Shown here: piece after piece, positions 34,985-43,477 of the stretch
Layout: each line of letters opens with the position of its first letter
Numbering within the stretch: position 1 is the stretch's first letter
From: Minisyncoccota bacterium
GTDB taxonomy: Bacteria; Patescibacteriota; Minisyncoccia; Phycocordibacterales; Phycocordibacteraceae
Assembly (NCBI GenBank): GCA_018062765.1
Contig: JAGORR010000001.1
Coordinates: 78,638-142,637, forward strand
Direction of reading: 5' to 3'
DNA: 64,000 bases
Position numbers and translations under genes: made by a program
The notes under the pieces: generated by a model
What the model was told of the DNA's origin: nothing
Databases searched by the model: none
The model's input: the letters and a program-made list of their open reading frames with translations, nothing else

Positions 34985-35863
34985 CTAAAGTCTAAATATG
35001 AGTTTCGCTTGATATGCAATTTCCTCGACCGTGGGATCAGACCGAAGCTCTGCGTCCGCGATGTGTCGCTTGGCAACGCGCAGGGGTCGAAGAGTATCGA
35101 GCGCCTCTTCTATCGACGCCGCTGCTTCGTGCCTCATCCAGTTTCGCGCGTATTTAAGCTGCAGCTCGAGCTGCGTATACATCTGTTCGATAGCTATTTT
35201 TTGTACGCCATGCTCGGCAAGTGCCTTGTGCTTCCCGTTCACCCAGAGCCCTGCAATTTGTTTGACCGCACCCTCGGATACGCCGACTATCGTTCTCGGC
35301 ACGTCCTTTCTAGCAGGGAGCGCGTCTCCTTGCCGGTCCTTGAGATAGCGTATTTCCGAAAGCTTTCCTTGCTGCAGGGAATCACGTATAGCTTTAAGCT
35401 TCTTTGAAATTGCTTCTTTGCTTGATGTCAGGTCAACGCCAAGTGCAAGAAGATTTGAGCCGCCGCGCGGTCGTCGGAATTCCGCGACCATATCGACGCC
35501 GTGTTTAATGTCGTCCAATTCCGATGTCTTAAGTACGTGCGCATCCCCAAGCCAGCCGTTCTCGCGAGTCTGCGTTATGTAGGCGGCCTCGAATATGTCA
35601 GCGGTCTTCTTCATGTTCGCTTCTTCGCGCGAGTCATGGAACGAAGACTTGATGCGGCGCACGTACTCAAGGTCCTGGCGGACGATATGAGGACCGCCGT
35701 CCATCGTGTGTGTAAAATCCTGCTCTCGAATCGCATACGCCGGGTCCTTGAAGACATCCATCGCCTTCCTATAAGCTGTTTCCATTACCGGCGAAGTGGT
35801 CTCGTGGCGTTCGCGCTGCCTGTCTATGCGCGCCTCCATGCCGCTCATGCTTCCGAATCCCAT
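34985..35863 (-). CDS. Hypothetical protein of 292 aa.
   Basis: Clean ORF bounded by terminators. No recognisable motifs. Confidence 0.45.
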   Translation of the reverse strand: MGFGSMSGMEARIDRQRERHETTSPVMETAYRKAMDVFKDPAYAIREQDFTHTMDGGPHIVRQDLEYVRRIKSSFHDSREEANMKKTADIFEAAYITQTRENGWLGDAHVLKTSELDDIKHGVDMVAEFRRPRGGSNLLALGVDLTSSKEAISKKLKAIRDSLQQGKLSEIRYLKDRQGDALPARKDVPRTIVGVSEGAVKQIAGLWVNGKHKALAEHGVQKIAIEQMYTQLELQLKYARNWMRHEAAASIEEALDTLRPLRVAKRHIADAELRSDPTVEEIAYQAKLIFRL

Positions 35864-35946
35864 ACCTCAAGTATAGCTGCATACCCTAAAGCAGAGCGGC
35901 CGCCCTGTGGGCGGCCGCTCTGGAACGACACACTACACTCGACTCG

Positions 35947-36219
35947 CTACTTCACTGCATCCTTAAGGCCCTTTGCGGGGCGGAACTTCGGCGTGCGGGT
36001 AGCGGCGATGCGGATAGTCTCTCCAGTGCGCGGATTGCGACCCTCGCGCGCGGGGCGCGCCTTCGTGACGAAGATGCCGAGCCCTGCGATAGAAACCTCG
36101 TCGCCCTTTGCAAGCGAGCTCGTGATGGAGTCGATGATGGTTTCCATCGCGCGCTCCGCATCGGCCTTGGTGGAGCCCAAGACCTCCTGCACCTTCCCGA
36201 CGATGTCTGCTTTGTTCAT
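35947..36219 (-). CDS. hup: HU-family DNA-binding protein.
   Basis: MNKADIVGKV...GLGIFVTKARPAREGRNPRTGETI. Start trimmed to the MNKAD ATG. Confidence 0.85.
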   Translation of the reverse strand: MNKADIVGKVQEVLGSTKADAERAMETIIDSITSSLAKGDEVSIAGLGIFVTKARPAREGRNPRTGETIRIAATRTPKFRPAKGLKDAVK

Positions 36220-36396
36220 GGTGGTGGATCTTATGGGTAACACCGGGCTCGGCCGGTTACGGGAGAAAGTATAGGAAATAGGCCGTTTAGCGCAATACTT
36301 GCCAGAAAGACGCGTGGATAGCGTAGCGAGCGCGACGTTTCTCAAAGAAAGTCAAAGGGGTGGGTGTTTCTGGGGCGTAAATGCTAGGATTCGGGG

Positions 36397-36957
36397 ATGA
36401 AAATCGGTGTTTCGGGCGCGAAAGGGAGCTTTACGGAGCAGGCTGCAAACCAATATTGCAGAGAGAATGGGGTCGAAGGAGCCGAGATCGTCTACCTTAC
36501 CTTCGTCGAGCAGGTTCTGGAGGCTCTTGAGAGCGGCCAGATAGATACGGGGATATTTGCTATCGAAAATAGCAACGGCGGCGTAGTTACTGAGTATCTT
36601 CCGGCTATCGCGGCCCACCGCTTCCGTATCGAGCGCATCTTCGAGATGAACGTCGAGCACATGCTCATGGTATTGCCGGGCACCAGAAGGGAAGAGGTGA
36701 AGCAAATCGTCTCCCAGAATCAGGCTCTACGGCAGTGCCGCCTCTATATAAAGCGCGTTTGGCCGGACGCCGACGTTAAGGAGTACGTAGACACCGCTAC
36801 CGCCGCTAAGGACCTTCATGAGGGAACCTTGGACAAGGATTCGGCTGTTGTGGCACCCAAGAGCGCGGCAGAACTCTACGGCTTGGAGATCCTTGAGGCA
36901 AGCATTCAGGACCTGAAGTTCAACTTCACCACCTTCATCGTCGCTAAACAGGCGTAA
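36397..36957 (+). CDS. pheA: Prephenate dehydratase catalytic (PDT) domain protein with no ACT regulatory domain.
   Basis: IENSNGGVV, SQNQALRQC and AAELYGLEIL blocks typical of the PDT domain. Only 186 aa. Confidence 0.65.
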   Translation: MKIGVSGAKGSFTEQAANQYCRENGVEGAEIVYLTFVEQVLEALESGQIDTGIFAIENSNGGVVTEYLPAIAAHRFRIERIFEMNVEHMLMVLPGTRREEVKQIVSQNQALRQCRLYIKRVWPDADVKEYVDTATAAKDLHEGTLDKDSAVVAPKSAAELYGLEILEASIQDLKFNFTTFIVAKQA

Positions 36958-36983
36958 GAAAGGCCCCGCAGGGGGCCTTTCTG

Positions 36984-38513
36984 CTAGCGAGCGAACTCCA
37001 CGACGCGGTTTTCGCGGATGACGTTTACCTTTATCTCGCCCGGATACTTCAATTCCTCCTGGATGCGCTCGGCTATCGCGCGTGCGAGCTTGTGGGTGTC
37101 GATATCAGAAATCTTTCCTGGATTCACGAAGACGCGTATCTCGCGGCCCGCCTGTATCGCATATACCTTCTCGACGCCAGGGAAGGAAAGGGCGATACGC
37201 TCGAGGTCGCCGAGACGCTCGAGATAGCGCTCTACGGTGTCGCGACGCGCACCGGGGCGTCCGCCTGAAACGGCGTCCGCAACCTGCACAATCATCGACT
37301 CAGGAGTCTCGTACGGATATTCCTCGTGATGGGACTGCATCGCCTGGATGACGCGCTTATCGATACCGAATTTCTCGAGGATGCGGCGGCCTATCTCCAC
37401 ATGCGTGCCCTGCACCTCATGGTCTACGGCTTTTCCGATGTCGTGAAGCAAAGCGCCTGTCTTCGCGATAGTGACGTCAGCACCGAGCTCCTCTGCGAGC
37501 ATGCCCGCGATATGCGCCATCTCTATAGAGTGCTGCAGAACGTTCTGTCCGTAGCTCGTACGGAAGTGGAGCCGGCCGAGGAGTGCGGTGACTTTTGGAT
37601 CGAGTCCCACAACGCCCGCCTCGTACGCAGCTTCCTCGCCCTTCTGCTTTACGATGTCGTTCACTTCCTGCTTGGTCTTCTCGACCGCCTCCTCGATCTT
37701 CGCGGGCTGTATGCGGCCGTCGAGGATAAGCTTTTCGAGTGCAATTTTTGCAATGTGGCGGCGAAGCGGGTCAAAGGACGAGAGCGTAATCTTGTCCGGT
37801 TGGTCATCGATAAGCACATCAACGCCAGTCGCACGCTCGAACGCCTTGATGTTGCGTCCTTCCTTGCCGATGATCTTCCCCTTCACTTCTTCCGAAGGGA
37901 TTTGGACGGAAAGCGTCGTTACGTCAGCGTTCACGGCGCTTCCGAGACGGTGGATGACGGAGGTTAGGATGGTGCGGGCCTTATCCTCGAGGCGCTCGCG
38001 TCCGCCAGCCTCCAGTTTCTGGATGCGCGCGAGGATAGAGTCCTCGTATGCGCGTTCGATGTCTTTCATCAAGAGCTCCTTGGCTGCTGTTTCCGAGAGA
38101 CGTGCGAACTTCGTGAGTTCCGAGACGCGCTCAGCGATGAGTTCCTCTGCCTCGCGACGCTTCCTGGCAGCCTCGTTCTCGCGGCTCTTAAGCTCGTCCA
38201 TGGACTCTGCTAAGGAACGCTCCCGATCGTCGAGGAATTCCTCTTTCTTCGTAAGGCGGTCCTCAATCTTCTCCAGTTTCTGCTTCTCCTCTTCAAGTGG
38301 TGCTAGGCGCTCGTCAGCGAGCTTTTCGGCGCGCTCCTCAGCTTCCTTCAAAAGGCGCTGTGCTTTCTCGCGAGCTTCGAGCATCTTCTGTTTAATCTCC
38401 AATTCCAAAGAGCCCCGCTGTCCGAGCGCGATGAGGAGGCGAAGCACGTAACCGAGCGCGATTCCGGCAAGGCCGGAGAACGCGAGGAGGATGAACACGA
38501 GTTTTATAGACAT
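36984..38513 (-). CDS. rny: Ribonuclease Y.
   Basis: N-terminal TM segment, coiled coil, KH domain and an HD domain (LLHDIGKAVDHE). Confidence 0.9.
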   Translation of the reverse strand: MSIKLVFILLAFSGLAGIALGYVLRLLIALGQRGSLELEIKQKMLEAREKAQRLLKEAEERAEKLADERLAPLEEEKQKLEKIEDRLTKKEEFLDDRERSLAESMDELKSRENEAARKRREAEELIAERVSELTKFARLSETAAKELLMKDIERAYEDSILARIQKLEAGGRERLEDKARTILTSVIHRLGSAVNADVTTLSVQIPSEEVKGKIIGKEGRNIKAFERATGVDVLIDDQPDKITLSSFDPLRRHIAKIALEKLILDGRIQPAKIEEAVEKTKQEVNDIVKQKGEEAAYEAGVVGLDPKVTALLGRLHFRTSYGQNVLQHSIEMAHIAGMLAEELGADVTIAKTGALLHDIGKAVDHEVQGTHVEIGRRILEKFGIDKRVIQAMQSHHEEYPYETPESMIVQVADAVSGGRPGARRDTVERYLERLGDLERIALSFPGVEKVYAIQAGREIRVFVNPGKISDIDTHKLARAIAERIQEELKYPGEIKVNVIRENRVVEFAR

Positions 38514-38659
38514 AGCCCTTTAGAAGCTCCTTCCGCAGCGATAGAGCATCCGAGTCATCCGTACGGCCTAGGAAGGAGGAAATCGATCAAATAAAGCACC
38601 CGAACCTACCCTTTGTACCGGGTTACATTGCCACAAAATGCGGCTTGCGGCGAGCATAA

Positions 38660-38691
38660 TTGACTTACTGTACTTTATATGCTATTATAAT
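38660..38691 (+). promoter_or_regulatory. Sigma-70-like promoter (TTGACT-17-TATTATAAT) upstream of the lipoprotein gene.
   Basis: Near-consensus -35 and -10 hexamers at canonical spacing, about 55 nt before the ATG. Confidence 0.5.
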
Positions 38692-38748
38692 CTCAGGAAC
38701 AAGCGACTCATCGGGAGTTGTCAGCGTCCTTACGAGAAGGATTTATAG

Positions 38749-39033
38749 ATGAAGAAGATTCTGTATGCGGCGGCGCTCCTCGCGACGTTCGCTGCGGCTG
38801 GCTGCACCGAACAGGAGCGCGTCAAGGCGTTTGGCGGCACGATGACGCTCGAGATCCCGGCCTGCGTCAAACTCGTCAACATGACGTGGAAGGAGACGAA
38901 TCTCTGGTACCTCACGCGGCCGCTGAAGGCCGGCGAGGTGACCGAGACGCACAGCTTCAATGAGTCGAGCAGTTTCGGCACCTTCGAGGGCACGATCCAC
39001 GTGGTCGAGCGCCGCGACAAGACCTGCCCGTAA
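38749..39033 (+). CDS. Small lipoprotein, hypothetical.
   Basis: Lipobox LATFAAAGC. An AAGGA Shine-Dalgarno lies upstream. Confidence 0.55.
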   Translation: MKKILYAAALLATFAAAGCTEQERVKAFGGTMTLEIPACVKLVNMTWKETNLWYLTRPLKAGEVTETHSFNESSSFGTFEGTIHVVERRDKTCP

Positions 39034-39097
39034 GCCAGCTCATAGACGCCAAACGGCCCGCACATATGTGCGGGCCGTTATCTTTTTGAGTCTTGGC

Positions 39098-39697
39098 TTA
39101 AGAGAAAACCTTGTCGACGATGCCGTACTTCTTCGACTCGTCCGCCGTCATGAAGAAGTCGCGCTCGACATCCTTCTCAATCTTCGCAAGAGGTTGCCCG
39201 GTGGCTTTAGAGAGAATCTTATTAAGGCGGTCACGGGTCGCAAGGATGTGACGCGCCGTAAGCTCGATGTCGGTCGCCTGACCCTCTGCGCCGCCTGAAG
39301 GCTGGTGAATCATCACCTCTGCGTTTGGGAGCGCGAAGCGTTTACCCTTCTCGCCGCCGGCGAGGAGCACTGCGGCGCCTGAAGCTGCGAGTCCGACCGC
39401 CACCGTCGAAACCTGCGGCTTCACATGGTTCATGGTGTCGAGCATCGCCAAGGTTGCCGTTACCGAGCCACCTGGAGAATTGATGTAAAGCGAAATATCC
39501 TTCTTCGGGTCTTCAGCCTCAAGGAATAGGAGCTGCGCAATGACGAGGTTCGCGACGTCGTCATGTATGGGGCCGCCGAGGAATACGATGCGCTCCCGGA
39601 GGAGGCGCGAGTAGATGTCGTAGGCGCGCTCGCCGAACTGCGACTTCTCGATAACCATCGGGACGAGCATGGATGCCTGCGGGGTTATGTGCTTCAT
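39098..39697 (-). CDS. clpP: ATP-dependent Clp protease proteolytic subunit.
   Basis: [18 protein letters not shown] with the catalytic Ser, His and Asp residues. 199 aa. Confidence 0.9.
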   Translation of the reverse strand: MKHITPQASMLVPMVIEKSQFGERAYDIYSRLLRERIVFLGGPIHDDVANLVIAQLLFLEAEDPKKDISLYINSPGGSVTATLAMLDTMNHVKPQVSTVAVGLAASGAAVLLAGGEKGKRFALPNAEVMIHQPSGGAEGQATDIELTARHILATRDRLNKILSKATGQPLAKIEKDVERDFFMTADESKKYGIVDKVFS

Positions 39698-39895
39698 AGT
39701 GAACGCAGCCTATCAAAAAAGGGCGCTCGCATCAATTCTTGCGGGAGCACGCGTTCCGTCATTCCAGCGATGACGGCCGCTCTCTCTCATCGGCGTGACT
39801 CGCAAAACGGCCTCCAAACTGTTTTGCTCGTGCCAAGCCACGCCTCTTCCGAGAGTCTCCCTCAGAATCGATGCTCGCTAAGAAGCAGAGTCGCG

Positions 39896-40051
39896 CTAGA
39901 AAGTCTGGCTTTCTGCTGCAGGGGTCGGAAGAGGAGCCTTACGCTTTTCGATTCGTTCGCCCCAGACGTAGAAGGCACCGATGACGACGATGGCGAGGAT
40001 GAGAAAGATGGAGATGAGTGCACCGTACGACGCGTTCTTCTTTGGGGGCAT
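39896..40051 (-). CDS. Small single-TM membrane protein of 51 aa, hypothetical.
   Basis: MPPKKNASYGALISIFLILAIVVIGAFYVW... The upstream part of the ORF-track frame translates the heptamer repeat and was trimmed. Confidence 0.35.
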   Translation of the reverse strand: MPPKKNASYGALISIFLILAIVVIGAFYVWGERIEKRKAPLPTPAAESQTF

Positions 40052-40056
40052 ATGAA

Positions 40057-40091
40057 TACAGGGTACAGCGTACAGGTTACAGCGTACAGTG
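40057..40091. repeat. Five perfect-phase tandem heptamers: TACAGGG TACAGCG TACAGGT TACAGCG TACAGTG.
   Basis: Read directly. On the sense strand it ends 5 nt before the ATG of the small membrane protein. Confidence 0.75.
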
Positions 40092-40126
40092 GAAAACGAA
40101 CAAACGCCGCGATGCGACGTTTGTTC
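40091..40126 (-). terminator. Rho-independent terminator for ppa (GAACAAACG / CGTTTGTTC followed by GTTTTCC on the minus strand).
   Basis: 9-bp stem with an 11-nt loop and a U-run. Confidence 0.5.
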
Positions 40127-40131
40127 CTGAC

Positions 40132-40159
40132 AGCTAAAAGCTAGAAGCTGTAAGCTATT
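40132..40159. repeat. (AGCTANN)x4 tandem heptamer array: AGCTAAA AGCTAGA AGCTGTA AGCTATT.
   Basis: AGCT cores at 40132, 40139, 40146 and 40153. The last core overlaps the ppa stop codon. Confidence 0.7.
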
Positions 40160-40673
40160 TTGACGTGTCGTACATCTCGCGCGAGCGCAGGAATGCGGCT
40201 TCTGCGTCACTCTTGCCGCCGAACCCGTTTACCTCAACCACTTTGTTCTGAAGTTTCTTATAGGTGGAGTAGAAGTGCTCGATTTCCTTAAGCGTGTGCT
40301 TATTGATGTCGCCAAGGTCTTTCATTTCCGCAAAGCGCGGATCGCCCACAGGAACCGCAATGACCTTATCGTCTTTATCACCACTGTCGACCATATTGAG
40401 GAGCGCGATAGGTCGCGCACGTACCATGATGCCAGGGAGAAGGGGATGGGTCGTAAGTAGGATGACGTCGAGGGCGTCACCATCGTCCCAGAGGGTCTGC
40501 GGCACGAAGCCGTAGTCAAACGGGAAGTCCTGCGCCGTGTGCGCAACGCGATCGAGCGCGATGATGCCCGTCTCTTTGTCTATCTCATACTTATTCTTCG
40601 AGCCCTTGTTAATCTCGACGATGACGGTCATCTCGTCTTTGGTTCCCGGGTCAATGTCGTGAAGCAGGTTCAT
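40155..40673 (-). CDS. ppa: Inorganic pyrophosphatase (family I).
   Basis: HDIDPGTKDEMTVIVEINKGSKNKYEIDKETG. Start trimmed to MNLLHDID. The ORF-track extension translates the upstream repeat. Confidence 0.85.
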   Translation of the reverse strand: MNLLHDIDPGTKDEMTVIVEINKGSKNKYEIDKETGIIALDRVAHTAQDFPFDYGFVPQTLWDDGDALDVILLTTHPLLPGIMVRARPIALLNMVDSGDKDDKVIAVPVGDPRFAEMKDLGDINKHTLKEIEHFYSTYKKLQNKVVEVNGFGGKSDAEAAFLRSREMYDTSK

Positions 40674-40679
40674 ATAAGA

Positions 40680-40714
40680 GATAGCGTATAGCTGACAGCG
40701 TGCGGCGTACAGGG
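40680..40714. repeat. Five tandem heptamers: GATAGCG TATAGCT GACAGCG TGCGGCG TACAGGG. On the sense strand these read CCCTGTA CGCCGCA CGCTGTC AGCTATA CGCTATC.
   Basis: This fills almost the whole 43-nt nusA-ppa spacer. It is 33/36 identical to the 4859-4893 array. Confidence 0.75.
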
Positions 40715-40716
40715 GA

Positions 40717-42141
40717 TTACTCGTCGCGGCTTTCTGCGACGTCAGAGGCCGACTCGTTTCCTTCGTCTGCGACGGTGGTCTCCTCCTCAGCAGCAAGAGT
40801 GGTGTGCTCCTTAGGTGCCTCGAGTGACTCCTCTGCGTCCGCGCTTTCAGCGCCGATGTCGGTCGCGTCTACAGGAGTTGCGGTCTCAACCATCGCTTCC
40901 GTCATCTCCTCTTTTCCGGCGTCGGCTGCCTCGTCGATAGAAGGCGCAGGAGCCGCTTCGGGTGCTACATTGGCTGCCTCAGCGCCGGCATCTGCGACTT
41001 CCGTACCGCCCGACGAGATGATGTCGATGTTCCACCCAGTGAGCTTTGCGGCAAGGCGTACGTTCTGCCCGCCGCGACCGATGGCAAGGGACTGCTGATC
41101 GTCGGAAACCGATACCTTCGCGCGCTTCTCTTCCTCGTTAAGCTCGATTTCAAGGACGGATGCGGGAGAGAGTGCTTCTTTGATGAACGCGGACTGGTCC
41201 TCGCTCCACTCGATGATGTCGATGCGCTCGCCGCCGAGTGCCGCCATGACGGTTGAAACGCGCACGCCGCGCTGACCGACGAGGGATCCGACAGGGTCGA
41301 CATGAGGGTCGACAGATGCGACTGCAATCTTCGTGCGGCTTCCAGGCTCGCGTGCGATGCTCTTCACTTCGATGGCGCCCGAAGCGAGTTCTGGTACTTC
41401 CATTTCAAACAACTGCACCAAAAAGCGTGGGTGGCTGCGCGAGAGGCGGAGGAATACGCCGCGGAAGCCCTCATCTACCGCGTAAAGATACGCGCGGATG
41501 CGCTCCCCGGGACGATACCGCTCACCAGGAATCTGCTCCTCATACGGGATGATGCCGGTTGCACGGCCGAGGTCGACGAATATCGCGCCGCGCTCCATGC
41601 GCTGCACGATTCCGGAAATTATCTCGCCCTTCTTGTGGCCGAACTCCTCAAGTATGGACATCTTCTCCGCTTCGCGGATTTTCTGGATAACGACCTGCTT
41701 TGCAGTTTGTGCGGCGATGCGGCCGAAATCGTCCTGGGGCTCAAGAGGGAAGATAATCTCCTCGCCCAAGGTTGCGGTGCGGCGGATACGCTTCGCGTCA
41801 TCAAGAAGCATGTGCTTCTCGGCGTTGTAGCGGGGGAGCTCGCCCTCAGGGACGACCTCCTCGCGCTCACGACCAAAATGGTGCTCAGGCTCGGGAGTAA
41901 ACTCCTCGCCTTCCTCGGGGAAACGCACCATCGTCTCATCGACGACAGACTTCACCTGCTCGAAGGAGACGGTGCCGGTGTCCATATCAACCTTGGCACG
42001 CACGACCTGGTCGCGCTTTCCGTACTCTTTCTTATATGCGGTGGCCATCGCGGTTTCGATAGCCTCAATCATCGTTTCCTTCGTGATACCGCGGTCTTCG
42101 AACTCTCCGAGCACTGAGTGAATAGTTTTGAGATCCAACAT
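40717..42141 (-). CDS. nusA: Transcription termination/antitermination factor NusA with an acidic C-terminal tail.
   Basis: NusA N-terminal, S1 and two KH domains. No rimP upstream. Confidence 0.9.
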   Translation of the reverse strand: MLDLKTIHSVLGEFEDRGITKETMIEAIETAMATAYKKEYGKRDQVVRAKVDMDTGTVSFEQVKSVVDETMVRFPEEGEEFTPEPEHHFGREREEVVPEGELPRYNAEKHMLLDDAKRIRRTATLGEEIIFPLEPQDDFGRIAAQTAKQVVIQKIREAEKMSILEEFGHKKGEIISGIVQRMERGAIFVDLGRATGIIPYEEQIPGERYRPGERIRAYLYAVDEGFRGVFLRLSRSHPRFLVQLFEMEVPELASGAIEVKSIAREPGSRTKIAVASVDPHVDPVGSLVGQRGVRVSTVMAALGGERIDIIEWSEDQSAFIKEALSPASVLEIELNEEEKRAKVSVSDDQQSLAIGRGGQNVRLAAKLTGWNIDIISSGGTEVADAGAEAANVAPEAAPAPSIDEAADAGKEEMTEAMVETATPVDATDIGAESADAEESLEAPKEHTTLAAEEETTVADEGNESASDVAESRDE

Positions 42142-42285
42142 AGTCCTATATTTAGTTGTAGTCGCACATATTAAGTTTTCGCTTCTTCAGTATGTCCTAC
42201 CTGCGTGATTCCTAAAAAGAAAATCCGCCAAGCGGACATTCAGTACCCGTAACGTACCACGCTGAGCCTGTTGCGTCAATGAAGC

Positions 42286-42323
42286 TATATAAAGAAAGCG
42301 CCCCGGCATAGTGCCGAGGCGCG
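42286..42323 (-). terminator. Rho-independent terminator after the RTX-repeat gene.
   Basis: Stem GCGCCTCGGC / GCCGGGGCGC followed by TTTCTTTATATA on the minus strand. Confidence 0.5.
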
Positions 42324-42353
42324 AAGTTGGGTAAAGAACTCAGTCGTGAGGGG

Positions 42354-43331
42354 TTAGGCGAATGCCCAGTCACCATTGATCGTGGTCGCTTCTGCAGCGA
42401 ACACCAAAGGCGGGGGCGGAACCCACTCGACGCCAGGAGCCAGATAGATGTGGCCGACGTTCGCCCCGTTCTCGATCGTCAACGACTTGGACGAGATTAC
42501 GAGGTCGTGTCCGACCATCGTGATTTCGCTGTTGTCGAGGCCGAGCGAGGTCAGGACAAGCGAGTCGTGGACGTTCGCATCGGAGAGCACGGTAGTGCCG
42601 TTGCCGAACCGGGCGTCGAAGACGTCCGAGCCCGAGCCGCCGTGCATGGTGTCGTTGCCGCCACCGCGCAGGACGTCGCGTCCGTCGCCGCCAACGAGGA
42701 AGTCGCCCACCCCGTCTTCGACACCGTTCGACTGGAAACCACGGACGTCGTCGTTGCCGTCGCCGCCGTGGACCGTGTCGGCTCCGTTGCCGCCGAACAG
42801 TGTGTCGTTGCCGTCCTCGCCGTAGAGCGAGTCGTCACCGTTGTTGCCGTTCAGCGTGTCGCTGTCAGCACCGCCCCAGGCGCGATCGCGCGCCGACGAA
42901 CCGCTGACCCAGTCGTTGCCGGCGCCGCCGAAAAACTGGTCGAGGCCGGTACCGCCGAACATCTTGTCGTGGCCGTCGCCGCCGATGAACATGTTGTCCC
43001 CGGTCGAGCCGCGAGCGTAGAGGTAGTCGTCGCCTTGTACGCCGAGCAGCCAGTTGTCGCCGCTCCCGTTGACCCTGACCTCGTCGTTGCCTTCGCCGCC
43101 GACCAGCTGGTCGTTCCCGGAGGCAGAGATCAGCTGGTCGTTCCCGGAGTGGCCCTCTAGGTGGTCGTCGCCCTGGGTGCCGATGAGGGTGTCGTTGCCG
43201 GCACCTGCAAGGATGGCGAGGCCGTGATCCGTAAACGCGCGGAAGTCCATGCGATTCGGGTCGTGGTCGCCCCACCTGGTGGTGGCGTCAGTGGCGAAGT
43301 AGGTCGGCATCACGGGTTCTGCACGGTTCAT
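42354..43331 (-). CDS. RTX-type (hemolysin-type Ca-binding GGxGxD nonapeptide repeat) protein.
   Basis: More than 15 tandem GxxGxDxL/F-type nonapeptides (GGEGNDEV, GGDGHDKMFGG, GGAGNDWVSG...). No N-terminal signal peptide. Non-repeat C-terminal region of about 90 aa. Confidence 0.7.
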   Translation of the reverse strand: MNRAEPVMPTYFATDATTRWGDHDPNRMDFRAFTDHGLAILAGAGNDTLIGTQGDDHLEGHSGNDQLISASGNDQLVGGEGNDEVRVNGSGDNWLLGVQGDDYLYARGSTGDNMFIGGDGHDKMFGGTGLDQFFGGAGNDWVSGSSARDRAWGGADSDTLNGNNGDDSLYGEDGNDTLFGGNGADTVHGGDGNDDVRGFQSNGVEDGVGDFLVGGDGRDVLRGGGNDTMHGGSGSDVFDARFGNGTTVLSDANVHDSLVLTSLGLDNSEITMVGHDLVISSKSLTIENGANVGHIYLAPGVEWVPPPPLVFAAEATTINGDWAFA

Positions 43332-43379
43332 CTTAGTCTCCTGTTTAGGACATCTGCGAGAAGTCGCAGGTCTGGTATT

Positions 43380-43408
43380 ATAGTATCATACATAGTCACC
43401 TGTGTCAA
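43380..43408 (-). promoter_or_regulatory. Candidate sigma-70 promoter for the RTX gene (TTGACA-17-TACTAATAAT).
   Basis: Perfect -35 hexamer on the minus strand and an AT-rich -10 window, about 70 nt upstream of the ATG. Confidence 0.35.
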
Positions 43409-43477
43409 TAGGCATCGGCAGCACTTCATATCGCTCGCGCGTGACGCACAAACTCGAACTTTTTCTTTTCCCCGCGT

